From NCBI RefSeq assembly GCF_963921235.1, contig NC_086097.1, positions 131,566,001 through 131,630,000 of the forward strand: a DNA stretch of 64,000 nucleotides. Direction: 5' to 3'. The stretch's first letter is position 1. Each line of letters opens with the position of its first letter. This DNA is from Mobula hypostoma (taxonomy: Eukaryota). Positions 58,685 through 64,000 of this stretch are shown piece after piece. A program made the position numbers and the translations under genes. The notes below the pieces were generated by a model. That model saw only the letters and a list, made by a program, of their open reading frames with translations, did no database searches and was not told where the DNA came from.

Positions 58685-61576
58685 AATATCAAATAGGTCC
58701 AACAATTCCTGGGGGTTGCTAACTTCTACCAGAAGTTCATCAGGAACTTCGGCTCAGTAGTAGCTCCACTTACAGCCCTAACTAAGAAATCCATGGGCCC
58801 TTTTGTCTGCACTACTGAAACAGAGGCTGCTTTTGAAGAGCTTAAACTGTGGTTTATTACAGCTTCCATCTTGGTTTCTCCTAACCCGGACCTTCCCTTC
58901 ATCAAGGAGGTGGACACCTCAGACATTGGAATAGGCGCTGCCTTGTCTCAATGATCACTTTCGGACAGTAAACTGCATCCATATGCATTTCTCTCCCAGG
59001 TGGCTATCCCGGGCAGAGAGGAACTATGACATCGAGAATTGGAAACTTCTTGCAGTTAGCTTTGGAGGAATGGTGTCACTGGCTAGAGGGAGCGAGGAAC
59101 ATTTCATCGTTTGGACTGGCCATAGGAACCTGGCCTACAGTCAGGAGGCCAAGGGGCTGAATTCTTAACCGGTTTAATTTCATCCTGACCTATCGACCAG
59201 GGTTTAAAATCAGAAGCCTTATGCCCTGTCCTGCCATTTTGATAAACGGGAATGAGAGGAGAAGCCTACCACCATTTTGCCCCAAGCCAGTGTCGAGCAC
59301 CAATTAATCGGGGAATTGACGCTCTTGTTCACGAGACCCAAGCGCAGGGGGAGGTGTTTAAGAATGGTCCTCTAAGTCGGCTGTTCATCCCAAGTTCTGT
59401 CCGGTCCCAGGTACTTCAATGGGGACATTCGTCAAGAGTGATTGCACATCCAGGGATTACCAACCTCTTTGAATTTATCAAGAGGCGGTATCGGTAGCCT
59501 GAACTGTTGCGAGAAGTTTAGCAGTTTGTGCAGGCATGCAAGGTGTGTGCCTGGAACAAGGAGCCTAACTTTAAGGGCTCTTCCACACCTACTCATTCAG
59601 AAGAGACATTGGGCATACATCTCCATGGACTTTGTCACAGGTCTCCAGCCAACCAAGGGGAAGTCAGTCATTATGGTGGTTTTTGATTGGTTTTCAAAAG
59701 CCTGCAAGTTCATTGCCTTGGAGAAGCTACCTTCTGTGGCAGAGACGACTGTGATTGTCCTGGATTCCTGGTGGATGTTATCTCTGATCATGGTCCACAA
59801 TTCCCATCACATTTCAGGAAGGTTTTCTGTAAACTGATAGGGGCAACAGCAAGTCTTTCCTTTGGACTTCACCTGCAGTCTAACAGTCAGACGGAGCGGA
59901 CCAACCAAGATTTAGAATGTATCCTGAGATGCCTGGCCTCGGAAAGACCTGTAGATTGCTGTGACCATTTGAAGTGGGCAGAGATCGCCCACAACACCTT
60001 ATGGCACTCGGCACATGGGATGTCACCACTCCAGTGCCAATTTGGTTTTCCTCCCCTTCTCTTTCTGGACAAGAAGCCGAGGTTGTTGTCCCTGTGGCAG
60101 AAGATCTTGTCCAACGCTGCAAGGAGAAATGGATGAGGACAAGAGCAATTTTGCTGATCTCCACCCCAAGAGCAGAGACCAAGGCAAACCGAAGGAGAAG
60201 TCTGGGACCCGTGTTACAGCCTGGGCAACAGGTCTGGCTGTGCACTCATGATTTGCCTCTCCGAGAAGAATCTCGAAAGTTGGCCCCAAGTTCATTGGTC
60301 CCGTTAAGATCCTGAGGAAAGTAAACCAGATGGCTTACATCTTGCAGCTCCCCAAGGCCCTAAAGATCAACACCATCTTCCACATCTATAAATTAAAACC
60401 TGCCTGCACCAGCTGCTTCATCCCACCACTATTGTTTCCGCTGCTATCCAGGTTTATTGTGGGGACAGGTCTTCACAGCGAAAAGACTTTTAGATTTGTG
60501 TACTGTTCATGGTATTCAGCAATACCTAGTGGACTGGGAGGGATTTGGAGCCGAGGAAGGTGTTGGGTGCAGGAAAGAGACATCTTGGATCCGACTCTCA
60601 TCCGCAATTACCATCACCGCCTCTCTGAGCAACCAGAGTCAAGAATCAGCCATGAAGAGTGGTACACTTGAACATTGGTTCAATCTCAATCGTAAGCCTT
60701 ACTAGTGTTTTCGTCTAGCATTTGTTCTGTGCTCAGTTCTTGATCCATTTTGATATTGTGTGTCGATCACTGCTTCGGTACTCCATCATTTGGATCCACG
60801 CCATCCTTTTCAAGGACTCTTGTCTCAGATCAAGAGGGGAGAATAAGATTGATGGGAGTCCTCAAATATGAGCCAGTATTGACCCAATGGGCTGAATGGC
60901 TCCTTTCTGTACTGTGACATAAAATCAGATTAGGAAACAATAGTAAACTAGATGTCTCAACCAGTGATCCTCACTGTATGAAGACGTTGGGTCAGGAAAA
61001 GATTGCAATAGTTGTCAAGCTGGTCTTTAAAGAATGGGGAGTGGGAGTGTGTTGAGAGATGAGGCAGAGTCCACTCCTTCAGAAGTCTTCTCCCTCACGA
61101 ACACAGGGATGAAGATGGTGGAAAAGGCCTCAGAGGAGAAAGAAGGGTACTGTTACTTGAGTGTCTACATGTATTTTAAGCTTGCATTGTTCTGAAGAGT
61201 TCAGGCATTGATCAAATGGGACAAGGAATACCTGACACATTTTTACCTCTCCTCCTCTCTCTGCTTTCTGCAGGGATTCTCCCACCATGATCCCCTTGTC
61301 CATTCATCACTCCTCACTAATCTCTCCCCTGGCACTGATCCCTGCAAGCAGCAGAAGTGCTACACCTGCCCATTCACCCTCTCCATCACCTCCATTCAGG
61401 GATGCCAAATAGTCCTTCCAGGTGAATCTGATGGGGTCATCTATTCTATCCAGTGCTTCTGATGCTGTCTCCTCTACACTGGCGAGACCAACGTAGATTG
61501 GGGGACCACTTTGCCAAGCACCTTTGCTCCATCCACAAAGAGCAGATTTTCCCAGTGACCAATCATTTCAATTCAA

Positions 61577-61794
61577 TCAACTCACACAAAATGCTGGAGG
61601 AGCTCAGCAGGCCAGGTAGCATCTACGATCGAGAGTACAGTCAACGTTTCAGGCCAAGACCCTTCATCAGGACCCTCAGCCTGAAACATTGACTATACTC
61701 TTTTCCGTAGAAGCTGCCAGGCCTGCTGAGTTCCTCCAGCATTTTGTGTGTGTTGCTTGGATTTCCAGAAACTGCAGATTTTCTCATGTTTGGG
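61577..61794. mobile_element. Fold-back PLE-derived mini-element (218 bp) with a 12-bp TSD
   Basis: Inverted arms around 61660-61676; ATTTCAATTCAA at 61565-61576 and 61795-61806. Confidence 0.88.
61638..61675 (-). ncRNA. Minimal hammerhead motif (GUU site)
   Basis: GGGUC-CUGAUGA-A-GGGU(CUUG)GCCU-GAAAC-GUU^-GACUG. Confidence 0.65.
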
Positions 61795-62717
61795 ATTTCA
61801 ATTCAAATCTCCACTTCCATTCTGAGATGTCAGTCCATGGCCTCCTACTCTGCCATGATGAGGCCACTCTCAGGCTGAAGGAGCAACAGCATATAGCCTC
61901 CAACCTGATGGCATGAACATAGATTTCTCCAACTTCTGGTAAGTTTTTTCTCATTTCCCCTTCTCTCTTTTTCATTTCCACACTTTGGTCCTCTCTTACC
62001 GCGTCTCCTCACCTGCTTATCACCTCCTATGGTGCCTCTCCTCCTTCCGTTTTTCCCATTGTCCACTTGTCTCTCCTACTAGATTCCTTTTTCTCTCGCC
62101 CTTTACTTTTTTCCACCTATCACTTCCCAGCTTCTTTCTTCATTCCACCTCCCCCATCTACCTAGCTTCACCTATCACCTTCAAGTTTTTACTTCTTCCC
62201 CTGCCCCCACCTTTTCATTTTGGCATCTTCCCCCTTTCCTTTCCAGTCCTGAAGAATGTCGACTATTTATTTCAGTACATGCTGCCTGAGCTGCAGAGTT
62301 CTCCTGCACGTTGCGTGCGTTGCTCTAGATTTCCAGCATCTACAGAATTTCTTGTCTTAAGAAATACCTGAGTTAGTTATGGGATGACTGAAACTACACC
62401 GACGGCAACTCTATCTGTCCATTTCCCGATTGTGTGAATTCCTGCATTATGTAAATATACACTTGATCTTATAGTAGCCAACGGCAATCGGATTTTGGTC
62501 CACAGTCAGCACTGCTGGAAAAGTCTCAGTTGGCAGGGCTCTCTGCTCTGAGCCAGATAATTGTGGATTTGCATCTTGCTCCTCAGCCCTGAGTCCACAA
62601 GTGAGACTGACTAAATGGAGAAGCACTTCAACATGCATCCAACAAAATGTTAATCTGAGGGTTTACTTTAAAATATCTCCGGTCGTTATCTGGATGATTA
62701 GAAAGGAAGGGCTCTCT

Positions 62718-64000
62718 AAATTCAAAGTAAATTTATTATCAAAGTACATATACGAGGGGTGATTGATAAGTTCATGAAGTTGAAGGAGATGAGGAGGAAC
62801 TTCAAACATTCTGCATTTTCACTCAAAGAGTTGAACTGCATGTGCATGTAACAAGAGCTGTATAACTCATCTCCTTCTACGCAAGGCCACAAACTTAATC
62901 ACCCCTACTGTGGACCACCTGGAGGTCCAAGGCCCTCTCGTTCCATGTATGTGCAGTTCAACTTTTTGAGTGATAATGCAGAAAGTTTGAAGTTAATAAC
63001 TCAACTCCTTCTACCCCAGGCCACAAACTTATCAATCACCTCTCATACACCACCATAGACAATCCTGAAATTCATTTTCCTGTAGGCATATTCAGCAAAC
63101 CTATAGAATAGTAACAATGGCAGAATGAATGAAAGACTGCACCAACTTGGGTGTTCAATCTATATAAAAAAGACAGCAAACTGTGCAAATAAAAAAGAAA
63201 GAAATAATAATAATAAATAAGTTTGCAAGAAATATTGAGAACATGAGATGAAGAGTCCTCGAAAGTGAGTCCATAGGTTGTGGGAACATTTCAATGATGC
63301 GGCAAGTGAAGTTGAGTGAAGTTATCCCCTCCAGTTTGACAGCCTGATAGTTGATAGGTAATAACTATTCCTGAATCTGGTGGAGTGAGTCTTGAGGCTC
63401 CTGTATCTTCTTCCTGATGGTAACAGAGAGAAGAGGGCATGTCCTGAATGACAGGGGTCCCTGAAGACAGAGGCTGCTTTCCTGCGACAGCTTTTCATGT
63501 AGATGTGCACAATGGTTGGGAGGGTTTCACCCGTGGTGGGCTGGGCCATATCTACTATTTCTTGGTTGATTTTCTGTTTAAGAACATTGATGTTTCCGTA
63601 CTAGGCTGTGATGCAGCCAATCGCTATACTCTCCACTACACATCAATGGAAGTTCGTCAAAGTTTTAGGTGTCATGGCTAATCTTCGACAACTCCTAAGG
63701 AAGTAGAGGCTCCTCCATGCTTTCTTTGTAATTGCATTTACGTCCTGGGCCCAGGACAGGTCTTCTGAAATAATAACACTGCAGAATTTAAAGTTGCTGA
63801 GCCTCTCAACCTCCGATCCTCCGAAGAGGACTGACTCATGTACATCTGGTTTCCTTCTCCTGGAGTCAATAATCAGCTCCTCAGTCTTGCTGATATTGAA
63901 TAACAGGTTGTTGTTATGGAACCACTCAGCCAGGTTTTCAATCTCCCTCCTATATGTTGTCCTGGCCAAAGTTTAATCCTCAGAAACATCACCAAAATAC
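62718..64000 (-). mobile_element. Rex1/Babar-type LINE 3' fragment hosting the MITE
   Basis: YRREIENLAEWFHNNNLLFNISKTEELIID..SEDLSW..KKAWRSLYFLR..GRRYRSLKTHSTRFRNSY. Confidence 0.88.
62753..63045. mobile_element. Tc1/mariner-type MITE (293 bp)
   Basis: TA|CGAGGGGTGATTGATAAGTT ... AACTTATCAATCACCTCTCA|TA, with long subterminal inverted repeats. Confidence 0.88.

Larger units (their letters stand above)
56734..60827 (+). mobile_element. Decayed Gypsy chromovirus (Sushi-like): 5' LTR 56734-57372, gag, RT, RNase H, integrase, chromodomain, partial 3' LTR about 60655-60827
   Basis: TG...CA ends with TSD GATCA (56729-56733 and 60828-60832); gag [31 protein letters not shown] and IYSDDI; RNase H EVDTSDIG..AERNYD; integrase ISMDFVTGL..SDHGPQF..QTERTNQ; chromodomain QYLVDWEGFG. 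Confidence 0.93.
61235..62360 (+). mobile_element. Penelope-like element 3' part (Cys motif, GIY-YIG remnant, 3' repeat)
   Basis: PCKQQKCYTCP..GVIYSIQC..RRLGDHFAKHLCSI..HFNS..HGLLLCHDEATLRL; hammerhead with helix II deleted at about 62244-62265. Confidence 0.88.

Overview
Repeat-dense vertebrate genomic DNA, most likely from a cartilaginous fish such as a ray or shark (inferred from the repeat families). I could not support any host-gene exon; the window looks like a large intron or gene desert. It holds three young CR1 LINEs (one with an uninterrupted ORF2), many Rex1/Babar-type LINE fragments, and Penelope-like element (PLE) fragments carrying minimal hammerhead-ribozyme motifs. It also holds two decayed Gypsy LTR elements, a probable solo LTR, V-, CORE- and Deu-type SINEs, a mariner-type MITE, a SINE-derived 35-bp minisatellite and several repeat-free, enhancer-like islands. 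Two observations stand out. (1) Both CR1 copies that span the ORF1/ORF2 junction have a correctly phased U_UUA_AAC slippery heptamer just before the ORF1 stop, while ORF2 has no usable AUG; this suggests a -1 ribosomal frameshift making an esterase-endonuclease-RT fusion. (2) Non-coding 160-225 bp fold-back units built around a hammerhead core are each flanked by their own 12-15 bp target-site duplication (TSD), so they look independently mobile. Family names come from motif recognition, not database searches.
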